This document shows positions 1-9,509 of a DNA stretch of 64,000 nucleotides, piece after piece. The stretch spans positions 29,930 to 93,929 of the forward strand of contig JBHIBG010000006.1 of the NCBI GenBank assembly GCA_046758965.1. The letters are read 5' to 3'. Origin of the DNA: Candidatus Methylomirabilia bacterium. Its GTDB lineage: Bacteria; Methylomirabilota; Methylomirabilia; Rokubacteriales; CSP1-6. The notes under the pieces were generated by a model, which ran no database searches, was not told the origin of the DNA, and saw nothing but the letters and a program-made list of their open reading frames with translations. Numbering within the stretch: the stretch's first letter is position 1; every line of letters begins with the position of its first letter. The translations under genes were made by a program, and so were the position numbers.

Positions 1-1
1 T

Positions 2-883
2 CTCCGCCAGGCGCTCGGGCGCCACCTGGGCGTGCCGCCGGAGATGATCCTTCTTGGCAACGGGGCCGACGAGGTCCTGGCCCTGATCGCCTGGGCGGCG
101 TTCGAGAGCAGCAATGAAGTGGTCATCCCGCACCCGTCCTTCGAGCCCTACCACGGCGTCGTGACCCTGTCAGGTGCCACGCCCGTCCTGAGCCCGCTGG
201 TCGACTATCGGACGGACCTCGATGACATCCTCCGGCGCGTGACCCCTCGCACAAAGGCGCTCATCCTCTGCTCCCCGCACAACCCCACCGGAACTATCCT
301 CCGCCTCGGACCGCTCCGTGCATTTCTTGCCCGGCTCGGTGATGACCCCCCGCTGCTGATCCTGGACGAGGCCTACCGGGAGTTCGTTGACGATCCGGAC
401 GCATCGGATGGCATCGCACTGCTCGCCCGGTGCCCCACGCTGATCGTCCTCCGCACGTTCTCCAAGGTGGCGGGGCTGGCCGGGCTCCGGGTGGGGTATG
501 CGGTGACGCGGGCGGAGATCGTCGGGAAGCTACACCGGGTGCGCGCCCCGTACAACGTCAACCGCCTTGCCCAGGTGGCGGCCATCGCGGCTTTGGAAGA
601 CTCGGAGCATCGGGAACTGACCGTGCGGCTCATCCGTGAAGAACGGCGCTTCCTGACGAGAGCGCTCAGCGACCGAGGCCTCTCGGTCGTCCCCTCCCAC
701 GCCAACTTCCTCCTCGTCGGCGTGGGAGCAACAGCGACAGCGCTCCGTCAACGACTGGAGCGAGCAGGCATCCTCGTGCGGGATGGGGCGGCGGTGGGGT
801 TCCCCGGCCACCTCCGCATCACGGTGGGAACGCACGCCCAAAACGCGAAGCTGCTCGCCGTCCTGGATCGCGCCCAGGACTGA
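2..883 (+). CDS. hisC: Histidinol-phosphate aminotransferase (5' partial, runs off window start)
   Basis: Motifs GNGADE, SPHNPTG, DEAYREF, PLP lysine in RTFSKVAGLAGLRVGY, SHANF, RITVG; frame is open to the window edge. Confidence 0.9.
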   Translation, partial: LRQALGRHLGVPPEMILLGNGADEVLALIAWAAFESSNEVVIPHPSFEPYHGVVTLSGATPVLSPLVDYRTDLDDILRRVTPRTKALILCSPHNPTGTILRLGPLRAFLARLGDDPPLLILDEAYREFVDDPDASDGIALLARCPTLIVLRTFSKVAGLAGLRVGYAVTRAEIVGKLHRVRAPYNVNRLAQVAAIAALEDSEHRELTVRLIREERRFLTRALSDRGLSVVPSHANFLLVGVGATATALRQRLERAGILVRDGAAVGFPGHLRITVGTHAQNAKLLAVLDRAQD

Positions 884-946
884 GCACGAACGCCCCAACC
901 TCACCGAGGGTCGCGAACGCCTCGACGCTGCTCCCCCGGCTCCAAG

Positions 947-1249
947 CTAGTTCACTCGCTTCTTCAAGGCGGAGAGCTGCTTCTCGAGGAACTCCGCCCG
1001 CTCTTGCCATTGCACCGCGTAAGTCCTCAGCATCTCCGCCTCCTCATAGACCTGCCTGAGTTCGGCTCGGAGTTGCCGCTCCCGCGCCACGCCGTGCCTC
1101 CACGCGATGCCCGCGCCGGCAGCCATCAGGGCCAGAACGAGGCTTGCCACGATGAGGAGCCACGGGCGATCAGGCGCATGGTCGCCGGTCAAGCCCAAGC
1201 GCTCAAGCAAACGCTCAAGCAGGCCGGAACGCTCCCGCTGCTCCACCAT
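947..1249 (-). CDS. Small hypothetical membrane protein with coiled-coil C-terminus
   Basis: One hydrophobic helix then a heptad-like charged segment; ATG start with upstream TAGAAT -10-like site. Confidence 0.6.
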   Translation of the reverse strand: MVEQRERSGLLERLLERLGLTGDHAPDRPWLLIVASLVLALMAAGAGIAWRHGVARERQLRAELRQVYEEAEMLRTYAVQWQERAEFLEKQLSALKKRVN

Positions 1250-1369
1250 ACCGGGCCCCTCTCGCTACCACACACACCATTCTATCGGGCCTACCCCGTC
1301 CGGATAAAGCCTTTTCGGAGGCTCTTGGCACATCGGCGCCGATTTCGTATGATGGATGTAGCGGGTGAG

Positions 1370-1918
1370 ATGGGCCACTTCAGCACGCCGACACCCCTCA
1401 AACGGTTCTTCGATCGCACGGTCCGTCGGAGCTTCGGCGACCTCGAAATTCACGACGACAAGGCCGCCGGCTACCTGTCTGACCTTCTCACGCGCTTCGC
1501 CCGCGCCGAGAACCTGTACCCGCTGAGCGTGACGGGTACACGCCTCGAGAGCGTCAGCGAGCACCTCCTAGAGATCCAGCGGGTGTGGGAGTTCGACACT
1601 CCTCACTTCAATCCGGTCCGGGAACGGGAGCTCCGCCGTCAGATCGGGGACTATACCCTCTTCATGACCGGGCTCTTCCGGGAGCACGTGGAAGGAATGT
1701 CGGTCACCGGCTACTACGTCCGCGAGGGTAAGCGCGCGTATCGGTTCGTGTCCGAGCACGATCGGGCCAGCACCCGCCCCGAGGCGCGGCTCTTCTGGAC
1801 CCTCGCCGACCGCTTTGAAGGTTTCGCGGGAGCGCTGACGTACATGCGGAAGGCGTACTTCCGCCCCGAGCTTGCCCCGCCGCACCCCTTCTTCAGTCGC
1901 CTGATCACTGAATGGTAG
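1370..1918 (+). CDS. Conserved hypothetical protein
   Basis: Protein-like sequence (YLSDLLTRF, RQIGDYTLFMTGLF); start placed at ATG 1370 downstream of a TATGAT -10-like site. Confidence 0.7.
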   Translation: MGHFSTPTPLKRFFDRTVRRSFGDLEIHDDKAAGYLSDLLTRFARAENLYPLSVTGTRLESVSEHLLEIQRVWEFDTPHFNPVRERELRRQIGDYTLFMTGLFREHVEGMSVTGYYVREGKRAYRFVSEHDRASTRPEARLFWTLADRFEGFAGALTYMRKAYFRPELAPPHPFFSRLITEW

Positions 1919-2048
1919 CCCGCCCTCTCCAGGCGGCTCAGGTCAACGCCCCGGCCAGGTGTCCGCTCGAACTCGCCGCCGAGGTGGCAATGGGGCAAGC
2001 GCGCGCCTCCGAGGCGAGCCGCGGGCCGAAACAGTTCGACCCGTACCG

Positions 2049-3017
2049 ATGATCACGGCGGTGCCGGGGATCCGGGTCGGCCACTGCACGGACGAGACCG
2101 GCCTCACCGGCTGTTCTGTCGTGCTGTGCGACCGACCCGCGGTGGGGGGCCTTGAGCTCCGTGGCTGGGCCACCGGGGTCCACGGGCTCGACTTCCTCGA
2201 TCCCCGCCATCTAGTCCCCACCGTCGACGGCGTGGTCCTCTCGGGCGGAAGCGCCTTCGGACTGGAGGCGGTCTTCGGGGCAATGCACTACCTGGAGGAG
2301 CAGGGGCGCGGGTTTCAGACCGGGCCTACGGTGGTGCCTCTGGTGCCGGGCGCGATCCTCTTCGACCTCAACGTGGGGACTTCCACTGCGCGTCCCACCC
2401 GCGCCATGGGCTACCGCGCGTGCCTCAGCGCCACCTCCGACAACGTGGAAGAGGGCAACGTCGGAGCTGGCACCGGCGCCACGGTGGGAAAGCTCTTCGG
2501 CATCGACCGGGCCATGAAAGGAGGGATCGGAAGCGCCAGCGTGAGGCTCGCCGGGGCGGTGGTCGGCGCGCTGGTGGCTGTCAATCCCCTCGGGGATGTG
2601 CGGGATGCAGAGAGCGGCCACCTCCTAGCGGGAGCCCGCGACGCCCCGAACGGCCGGCACCTCATCGACACCGCTACCGCAATGCGACAGGGGATCGCTC
2701 CTGCCGAAGTCAAGCCGCTTGAGCAAACTACGATCGGAGTCATCGCCACCGACGCCAGGCTCTCCAAGCCTGAGGCCACCAAGGTAGCCCAGCTGGGCAT
2801 GATCGGGTTTGCCCGAGCCCTCTCCCCTCCCCACACGCACCTGGACGGCGATGCGCTCTTCTGTCTTTCGGTGGGAGAGGTCCAGGTGGAACTCACTGCC
2901 CTGGGCCTGGCCGCCGCAGAAGCCGTGGCCCGGGCCATCGCTCGCGCGGTCAGGGCCGCGGCCTCGCTCCCCGGACTCCCTTCGTGGCAGGAGCTATTCG
3001 GTTCTTCAGACCGCTAG
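2049..3017 (+). CDS. P1/S58 family peptidase (DmpA-like)
   Basis: MITAVPGIRVGH, LSGGSAFGL, GNVGAGTGA, KGGIGSAS, TTIGVIATDA, HTHLDGD motifs. Confidence 0.85.
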   Translation: MITAVPGIRVGHCTDETGLTGCSVVLCDRPAVGGLELRGWATGVHGLDFLDPRHLVPTVDGVVLSGGSAFGLEAVFGAMHYLEEQGRGFQTGPTVVPLVPGAILFDLNVGTSTARPTRAMGYRACLSATSDNVEEGNVGAGTGATVGKLFGIDRAMKGGIGSASVRLAGAVVGALVAVNPLGDVRDAESGHLLAGARDAPNGRHLIDTATAMRQGIAPAEVKPLEQTTIGVIATDARLSKPEATKVAQLGMIGFARALSPPHTHLDGDALFCLSVGEVQVELTALGLAAAEAVARAIARAVRAAASLPGLPSWQELFGSSDR

Positions 3018-3162
3018 CGCCGTGTCGATAACCGCTGCATGGCCCACTTCGTGCGACCCATCCACTGGATGGGTCCCCCGCGCCAGCGGTGGCTTTCGGC
3101 CGTTAGGGGAGAGAGCCCGCGGAGGGCCCGAGGCGAGGGTAGGGGGCGGAGTCCCCTCCGAG
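3014..3162. repeat. Hairpin-rich REP/MITE-like intergenic element
   Basis: Starts CTAG-CGCCGTGTCGATAAC, similar to the ends of the 26624-26988 element; contains CCCACTTCGTG and AGGGGGCGGAGTCCCCTCCGAG modules shared with it. Confidence 0.6.
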
Positions 3163-3179
3163 CATGCTAAGATGCACCC

Positions 3180-3470
3180 ATGGCTCGACGCGCCAAGGTG
3201 ATCCGCTTCCCCAAGACTCCGCCGGAGCCGAGTGATGACCGTGGCTTCGTGGAGGTCCACCACTGCCGCGATCAGGCCGAGGCGTTGGTGGTCAAGGGGC
3301 TCTTTGAAAGCGAAGGGCTTCTCTGTGTGCTCCGCACCCGCCTGGTTCACTCCATCCATCCCTTCACTATCGGGGACCAGGGAGAGGTGATCGTGCTGGT
3401 CCCGGAAACCGAAGCGACCCGGGCCCGCATCGTCCTGGCCCGTGTGGCTGCCGGCCCTTCTTTCCGCTAG
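3180..3470 (+). CDS. DUF2007-like putative signal-transducing protein
   Basis: EALVVKGLFESEG...VIVLVP...ARIVL pattern; TGcTAAGAT -10 lies 6 nt before the ATG. Confidence 0.7.
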   Translation: MARRAKVIRFPKTPPEPSDDRGFVEVHHCRDQAEALVVKGLFESEGLLCVLRTRLVHSIHPFTIGDQGEVIVLVPETEATRARIVLARVAAGPSFR

Positions 3471-3677
3471 CCCCGATCCCCACGAGAGCCGGTGGGGTCA
3501 CCGACCGGCCGAGGAGGTCCGTCGCCGCGAGCACCCCCACCCGGTGTGGGAAGCCCCGTGGCGGGCGGCCGGAGTCGCCCGACGCGGATCCGTTCCGTCT
3601 TCGAGGGTGACACCCGCTGGGCCTCGCGCAATCGTCGGCTCGGCGGTCTCGGACTCAGGCTGGATCCGCGCCAGGTC
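3471..3677. repeat. Hairpin-rich intergenic element between convergent genes
   Basis: CCCCAC...GTGGGG hairpin plus GTGGGGTCACCGACCGGCCGAGG, similar to the reverse complement of ~26897-26920; further inverted repeats (CGCGGATCC/GGATCCGCG). Confidence 0.5.
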
Positions 3678-4613
3678 CTAATCTAGGGCGCGCACCAGCG
3701 CCCACAGGGCCTCCGAGACGCGCGTCAGCGCTGCCGGGTCCAGCGTCGACGAGCGATCGAGAGCGGTATGGTAGGTCTCGAATGGCGGAGGCCGCCTCAC
3801 GAGCTGGCGGAAGAGGGTCCGTATGGGGTTGAGGACGAACTGCCGGAGCGCGTCGGCTTCGTGGCTCGGCACCACGGTGAGGCCGACGGCCGGCACCCCG
3901 AGACCACTAAAGGCGCGATGGTCGCTTCCGAAGACCGGAATCCTGCCCACCACGTGGTAGGTCTGGTCCCGGCGATACCCTAACGCCTCCAGCGTCTGGA
4001 CAAAGGTCTGAAGCAGCGGGGAGTGATCCCACAACGGGACCGCATCCCAGATCACGAGCGCATCGCCGATCCCGCAGAGCTCGAGGCTCACCACCCCCAC
4101 GACACCGTCCAGCGGAGCAGCCTTCACGTAGCAGCGCGCCCCGAGATAGCCGATCTCCTCGCTACCAGTGAACAGCAGACGCACGGAGAGGTGGCCGGGC
4201 GGGTCCTGAGCCAGGCGTTCGAGCAGGTCCAGCAAGATGGCGATAGCCGAGCCGTTGTCGTTGGCTCCGGGGCTCCCCGGCACCGCGTCGTGGTGGGCGA
4301 CCAGGATCAGGGTCCGGGCGCCCCGCCCGACCTCCACGACAAAGTTCTCTCCGCTCCCTTCGAACGTCGCGTACGGGTGACGGGAAACCGTGAAGCCTCG
4401 CGCCTCAAGCACTCGGCCCAGAAGCTTCTGTCGGTCGAGGTTCGAGCGCCCCTCGAGGAGTCTGACGTAGTCAAGGGGCGAGGGACGAGCCTGACCCGCG
4501 ACAGCTTCCAGAGGGAGCGATGGGGGAGACTCGCGAGAGGAGCGGTTCAGCAGGGCGGCGAGGCCGAGATTGAGCCGACCCCGGAGGTAGAGCCTGACCG
4601 CTCCCAGGTCCAT
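3678..4613 (-). CDS. M28 family metallopeptidase
   Basis: AHHD, GANDNGSA, EEIG, SDH and YHT zinc-binding motifs. Confidence 0.85.
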   Translation of the reverse strand: MDLGAVRLYLRGRLNLGLAALLNRSSRESPPSLPLEAVAGQARPSPLDYVRLLEGRSNLDRQKLLGRVLEARGFTVSRHPYATFEGSGENFVVEVGRGARTLILVAHHDAVPGSPGANDNGSAIAILLDLLERLAQDPPGHLSVRLLFTGSEEIGYLGARCYVKAAPLDGVVGVVSLELCGIGDALVIWDAVPLWDHSPLLQTFVQTLEALGYRRDQTYHVVGRIPVFGSDHRAFSGLGVPAVGLTVVPSHEADALRQFVLNPIRTLFRQLVRRPPPFETYHTALDRSSTLDPAALTRVSEALWALVRALD

Positions 4614-4631
4614 CCGCGTGACCTCGGGGCG

Positions 4632-5408
4632 CTACCCGCCCGGGACCCGAAAGAGGGTCAGGGCGTTCCGGGTCATCACCGGGCCCAGGCTCTCCAGCGA
4701 CTGACGCCTCAACTCGGCGACTCGCGCGGCCGTGATCGGGAGATACGAGGGCTCGTTACGCTTGCCGCGAAACGGTTGAGGCGGCAGGAACGGGCAGTCG
4801 GTCTCCACGACTAGCCGCTCCTCCGGGACCAGCGTGGCGACGCCCAGGAGCTTCCGGGCGTTGGGATAGGTGACCGGACCCGCGAGCGAGATCAGAAGAC
4901 CGAGGTTCAGACAGTGGCGGGCCGCCACCTCGTCACCCGAGAAGCAGTGCATGATTCCCCCGGTGTCCCTCACTCCCTCTTCTCGGAGGACCTCCAGGGC
5001 CTCGAGGTGGGCCTCCCGGCAGTGGATGACGGCCGGCTTTCCGAGCTGGCGGGCCAGGGCAAGCTGGCGGCGGAAGACCTGAATCTGAACCTCTCGGGGA
5101 GAGAGGTTCCGGTAGTAGTCGAGCCCGATCTCCCCAATAGCCACCACCTTGGGGGAGGTTTCGGCAAGCCGCGTGATCTCAGCCAGGGCGGCTTCGTCGG
5201 CCCCGGCGGCGTCGTGGGGGTGGATCCCCACCGACGCATAGACCTCCGGGTATGCTTCGGCGAGGGCCACCGCCTGGGCCGAGGTCTCGGCGTCCGTGCC
5301 GACCGTGAGCAGATAGCGCACGCCCGCCGCTCGCGCACGCTCGACAACGGCAGCCTGGTCGTCCTGAAACTCTGGGAAATGCAGGTGGGCGTGGGTGTCG
5401 AAGAGCAC
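4632..5408 (-). CDS. tatD: TatD family DNase/hydrolase
   Basis: DTHAH, GIHPH, GEIGLDY, IHCRE, HCFSG, ETDCP motifs. Confidence 0.93.
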   Translation of the reverse strand: MLFDTHAHLHFPEFQDDQAAVVERARAAGVRYLLTVGTDAETSAQAVALAEAYPEVYASVGIHPHDAAGADEAALAEITRLAETSPKVVAIGEIGLDYYRNLSPREVQIQVFRRQLALARQLGKPAVIHCREAHLEALEVLREEGVRDTGGIMHCFSGDEVAARHCLNLGLLISLAGPVTYPNARKLLGVATLVPEERLVVETDCPFLPPQPFRGKRNEPSYLPITAARVAELRRQSLESLGPVMTRNALTLFRVPGG

Positions 5409-5461
5409 CGGTGCGTATTGTAACGCAGAGTGGAGTTTCTAGAGATCGAAGACGACCGATT

Positions 5462-6328
5462 TCATCGAGCCAGAGCGACGCAGGCTACCCCCGCCAGCAC
5501 CACCCCGGCGCCAGCCAGGCGAGGGCCGAGCTGGCTTTCATCCAGCCAGAGGCTTCCGATGATCGCGGAAAACACGATGGAGAGCTCACGCGCAGCCACC
5601 ACGTAGCCGGCCTTCGACAGCCGGAACGCGAAAAGCACGAGGAGATAGGCGGTAAGGTTCATCGTGGAGGCCGCCAGGATGGCCCGCCAGTTCACCGCCC
5701 ACTCGCGGATGAGCGCCTCGGGCTTGGCCAGGACCGCTGGGGCGAGGAGCAGGATCGACCCGAGCCCCATGAAGTAGATGTACGGGATCGGATGGAGACG
5801 GGCCACTCCGGCCTTGTCCACGAGCGAGTAGGCAGCGATGGTGATGCCGGTCAGGACTGCCCACCACGTGCCCGGACCTACGCGCGTGACCTCTGAGGCC
5901 GCCGGGCCGACAGTACGCGGGGTGAGGTGAAGGCCGATGATCCCGAGCACGACCAGAGTGACCCCCGACGTCCCCAGGAGCGAAAGGTGCTCGTCGAAGA
6001 GGTAGAGCGCCGGGATCGGTACCGCCGCTACGCCCAGGCCTCTGGCGATCGGGTAGACGAGGGAGAACTCCCCTGACCGGTATGAGCGACCGAGCGCATA
6101 GAAATAGAAGGCATGAAGGCCAACGGTCGCCACGACGAACGGCAGGGCCGCCACGTGAAACCCATCCGCCCGGAGCTTCCAGATCGCGAGGGGCAGGCCG
6201 AGGAGGGTCGCGAGGGAGACCGAGGACCAGAGAAACGCCAGCTGGTCGCGCCCCCGCTTGGCCAGCGCGTTCCAGGCAGAATGGAGGAGTGCGGCTCCAA
6301 CCACCAGCGCGAGGGCTGATCCCGTCAT
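5462..6328 (-). CDS. EamA/DMT family transporter
   Basis: Multiple TM helices; LHSAWNALAK, YPIARG, YSLVD, RELSIVF motifs. Confidence 0.88.
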   Translation of the reverse strand: MTGSALALVVGAALLHSAWNALAKRGRDQLAFLWSSVSLATLLGLPLAIWKLRADGFHVAALPFVVATVGLHAFYFYALGRSYRSGEFSLVYPIARGLGVAAVPIPALYLFDEHLSLLGTSGVTLVVLGIIGLHLTPRTVGPAASEVTRVGPGTWWAVLTGITIAAYSLVDKAGVARLHPIPYIYFMGLGSILLLAPAVLAKPEALIREWAVNWRAILAASTMNLTAYLLVLFAFRLSKAGYVVAARELSIVFSAIIGSLWLDESQLGPRLAGAGVVLAGVACVALAR

Positions 6329-6514
6329 CCGACACAGTCTACGGTTGGGGTTCCTCAGCGACAAGCCCGGTTCGCCGACCTTCCACCGCCAACTCGGTCA
6401 TCGCCAGAGAACGGCTCCGACAGCAGGGGCTGACTTGACTCTGGCCCCGGAGGGGAGATCCGTTTCGCGCGTCAGGAGGCTGAAAATGCCCTGGGCAGCA
6501 CGGATCAGCTCAGA

Positions 6515-7477
6515 TCAGGGCCTAACGGTGAAGCGGAGGCGGCCGATGAGTTGGCCCGACGCGGTCACCACGTCCACACTCCAGCGACCTGCAGCATCAG
6601 CCCCGAGGCTGGTTTTCCGAGAGTACGTCCGAAAGCCCTCGGTCCGTCCGCCTCGGATCGGTGAGAGGGAGATCGTATCCACGGGCTGCCCATCTTTCCG
6701 CCAGATGTGGAGAATCGGCTGACGAACCCCGGCGGGGGCGTAGACGGCCGTGTAGGCGACGAGGCCACCCCAACTCCGGAGATCGGCGAGCGAGATGGTC
6801 CCGCGGAACGGCTCCGCCGGCTCGAGCCCATTTACGGTCCGCGCCATGGTCGCGCGGGCGAGATGAACCGGAGCCGGAGGGATGAAGCTCCGGAGCGGCC
6901 AGACAATCGCCAGAGCGAGGGCCGCGAAGAGGCACGAGCGGAGCCAGGCGGAGCGCCAGGACCCGTAAGGCAGGCGGCCGAGGGTCGGCGTCAAGGCCAG
7001 TCCCCCCAGCGCCGCGCTCCCGAACAGAGCCCTCGCGGGCCGCACCCCTACCAGCGGCAGCGCGACGTTGAGGGCGGCGAAGATCGAGACGCCAAACAGA
7101 ACGTAGATCGCCCAACGCCGGGGAAGGACCAGCCCCCGGTACCAGGGGTCCACGGTGGTGAGGAGCGCCAGCCCGACGAGCAGCAAGAAGAACCACACGT
7201 TCACCGAGGTGAACGTGGTGCTCGCAAAGTAGCCCGGAAGGATGAAGAGCAGGAGGCCGTGTAAGAGCGTCTGGATGGTGTAGTCCACGGCGGTGATCAC
7301 GAAACGACGCCCGCGTTTCTCCAGGCTCCGCCGCACCAGCGTGTAGAGCGTGAAGAGCAACCAGAGCAGGATCAGGTAGCCCACGATCCACGCGACGTGC
7401 GGGACCCCCCGCCGGAAGATGAGTAGCGCCAGCACACCGCCGAGGAGTGAGCCCACCGACACGCCCCACCGGGCCAC
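6515..7477 (-). CDS. DUF5924/DUF2914-type membrane protein
   Basis: Polytopic N-terminal half; C-terminal beta domain with GGRTEGFRTYS and GRWSVDVVT..GQLIG; start uncertain. Confidence 0.7.
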   Translation of the reverse strand: MARWGVSVGSLLGGVLALLIFRRGVPHVAWIVGYLILLWLLFTLYTLVRRSLEKRGRRFVITAVDYTIQTLLHGLLLFILPGYFASTTFTSVNVWFFLLLVGLALLTTVDPWYRGLVLPRRWAIYVLFGVSIFAALNVALPLVGVRPARALFGSAALGGLALTPTLGRLPYGSWRSAWLRSCLFAALALAIVWPLRSFIPPAPVHLARATMARTVNGLEPAEPFRGTISLADLRSWGGLVAYTAVYAPAGVRQPILHIWRKDGQPVDTISLSPIRGGRTEGFRTYSRKTSLGADAAGRWSVDVVTASGQLIGRLRFTVRP

Positions 7478-7593
7478 CCACCGGAAGAAAGGACGCCGGG
7501 CCTTGGCGGCTTCCCATCGGCTCCCCAGGCGTTCTAGGGAAGCCGTCCCGAGAGATCCCGCCTTTTTCGAGAGCGCGTTCAGAGGCAGAGGTC

Positions 7594-9492
7594 TTACTTG
7601 ACCTTGGCGCCCGGAGCGAGATCCCTGTCGAGCGTCAGCAGAGTGAGGCGAGAGCCTTCGACGGCGGCAAGCACCATGCCTTCCGATCTGATCCCCATGA
7701 GAGTGGCGGGCTCCAGATTGGCGACGATCACGACCTTCCTGCCGACCAGGGCTCCCGGCTCGTAGTGCTCGGCGATCCCCGCCACGAGCGTGCGGATCTC
7801 GGCTCCCACCTTCACGGAGAGCCTGAGGAGCTTCTTGGACTTCTCGACCCGCTCCGCGGCGATGACTTCACCAACCCTGAGGTCAACTTTGGAAAACTCC
7901 TCGATGGTGATCCGGGGGTGTGAGCCGCTGCTTCCCCGTTCGGGAGCGGGGGAGGAAGCTGAGCGCTCCTCCACGCGCGGGAAGAGGGCGGGTGCCTTCT
8001 CAACCCGGGTCCCCGGGGATAGCCGGCCCCAGGTCAGGTCGCTCAGCGTGAGAGGTACCCCCGCGAGCCCCAGCAGGGCCTGGATCTTCCCAGCGGTCTC
8101 GGGGAGGAAGGCCGCCAGGAAGATTGCCAAGCAGCGAAGCGACTCCCCCAGAGAGTAGAGCACGGTGTCGAGCCGCTCGCGCTTAGTGGAGTCCTTCGCC
8201 AGCGCCCACGGCTGGGTGGCGTCCACATACCGGTTGACCACCCCGATAAACTCCCAGATCGCGATCAGCGCTCGCTGAAAGACGAACTCCTCCATCGCCT
8301 CGTGGACCTCACCTCGCGTCTTCTCCAGCGAGGCCCTGAGCTCTGACTCGCGGGCGGTCTCTGGACCGGGGGTGGGGACGACGCCTTGAGCGAAGTTGAC
8401 CAGCATCGTCGTGGCCCGACTGACCAGGTTGCCGAGGTCGTTGGCCAGGTCTGCGTTCAGCCGCCCCACCAGGGCATCCTGCGAGAAGGTCGCATCCAGC
8501 CCGAACGTCATCTCCCGCAGCAGAAAGTGGCGGAAGGCATCGTGACCGTACCGGTCGGTGAGGGCGAGGGCTTCCACCACGTTACCGATAGACTTGGACA
8601 TCTTGCCGCCCGCCAGGCTCCAGTAGCCGTGAACGTTCAGGTGCTGGTAGACAGGGAGCCCGGCAGCCTTGAGCATGATAGGCCAGTAGATCCCGTGAGG
8701 TTTCAGGATGTCCTTTGCAATCAGGTGCTGAGCGTGGGGCCAGAAGGTCTCGAACTTCTCCGTCCCCGCGCCGCCCAGAGCGGAGACGTAGTTGACGAGC
8801 GCATCGAACCAGACGTAAGTGACAAAGTTCGGATCGAACGGAAGCGGGATCCCCCACTGGAGCCGGCTTGTGGGACGGCTGATGCAGAGGTCCTCAAGAG
8901 GGCTCCTGAGGAAGGCCAGGATCTCGTTGCGGTAGCGCTCGGGACGGATGAAATCGGGCCGCTCCTCGATGTAGTGAACCAACCACTCCTGGTAGCGGCT
9001 CATCCGGAAGAAGTAGTTCTGCTCCTTGATGAAGGTCGGTAGCGTCAGGTGGTCCGGGCACCTGCCGTCCTGGAGCTCCCTGTCGGTGTAAAAGCGCTCG
9101 CAGCCGAAGCAGTAGTTCCCCCCGTACTCACCGAAATAGAGCTCCCCCGCATCGTAGAGCGTCTGGAGGACGGCCTGGACCACTCGCTTGTGCCGCTCCT
9201 CCGTGGTCCGGATGAAGTCGTCATGGGCGATGCCGAGGCGCTGCCAGGTTTCCCGGAACGCCTGGGCGATTCGATCGGTGTAGGCCTGAGCGCCCTCGCC
9301 CGCCTGGGCGGCAGCCTGGGCGATCTTGTCGCCGTGCTCGTCCGTGCCGGTGAGAAAGTAGACCCGGTCCCCGGCGAGCCGCCGGTAGCGGCACATGGCA
9401 TCAGCGATGATGGTTGTGTAGGCGTGGCCCAGGTGGGGCAGCGCGTTGACGTAGTAGATCGGCGTGGTGAGGTAGAACGTCCGTTGCGCCAT
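7594..9492 (-). CDS. metG: Methionine--tRNA ligase with C-terminal tRNA-binding domain
   Basis: YLTTPIYYVN, HLGH, GTDEHG, KMSKS, C-terminal Trbp111/OB domain; start reassigned to MAQRTFY. Confidence 0.97.
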   Translation of the reverse strand: MAQRTFYLTTPIYYVNALPHLGHAYTTIIADAMCRYRRLAGDRVYFLTGTDEHGDKIAQAAAQAGEGAQAYTDRIAQAFRETWQRLGIAHDDFIRTTEERHKRVVQAVLQTLYDAGELYFGEYGGNYCFGCERFYTDRELQDGRCPDHLTLPTFIKEQNYFFRMSRYQEWLVHYIEERPDFIRPERYRNEILAFLRSPLEDLCISRPTSRLQWGIPLPFDPNFVTYVWFDALVNYVSALGGAGTEKFETFWPHAQHLIAKDILKPHGIYWPIMLKAAGLPVYQHLNVHGYWSLAGGKMSKSIGNVVEALALTDRYGHDAFRHFLLREMTFGLDATFSQDALVGRLNADLANDLGNLVSRATTMLVNFAQGVVPTPGPETARESELRASLEKTRGEVHEAMEEFVFQRALIAIWEFIGVVNRYVDATQPWALAKDSTKRERLDTVLYSLGESLRCLAIFLAAFLPETAGKIQALLGLAGVPLTLSDLTWGRLSPGTRVEKAPALFPRVEERSASSPAPERGSSGSHPRITIEEFSKVDLRVGEVIAAERVEKSKKLLRLSVKVGAEIRTLVAGIAEHYEPGALVGRKVVIVANLEPATLMGIRSEGMVLAAVEGSRLTLLTLDRDLAPGAKVK

Positions 9493-9509
9493 GGAGTGGC
9501 GGTCAGCGG

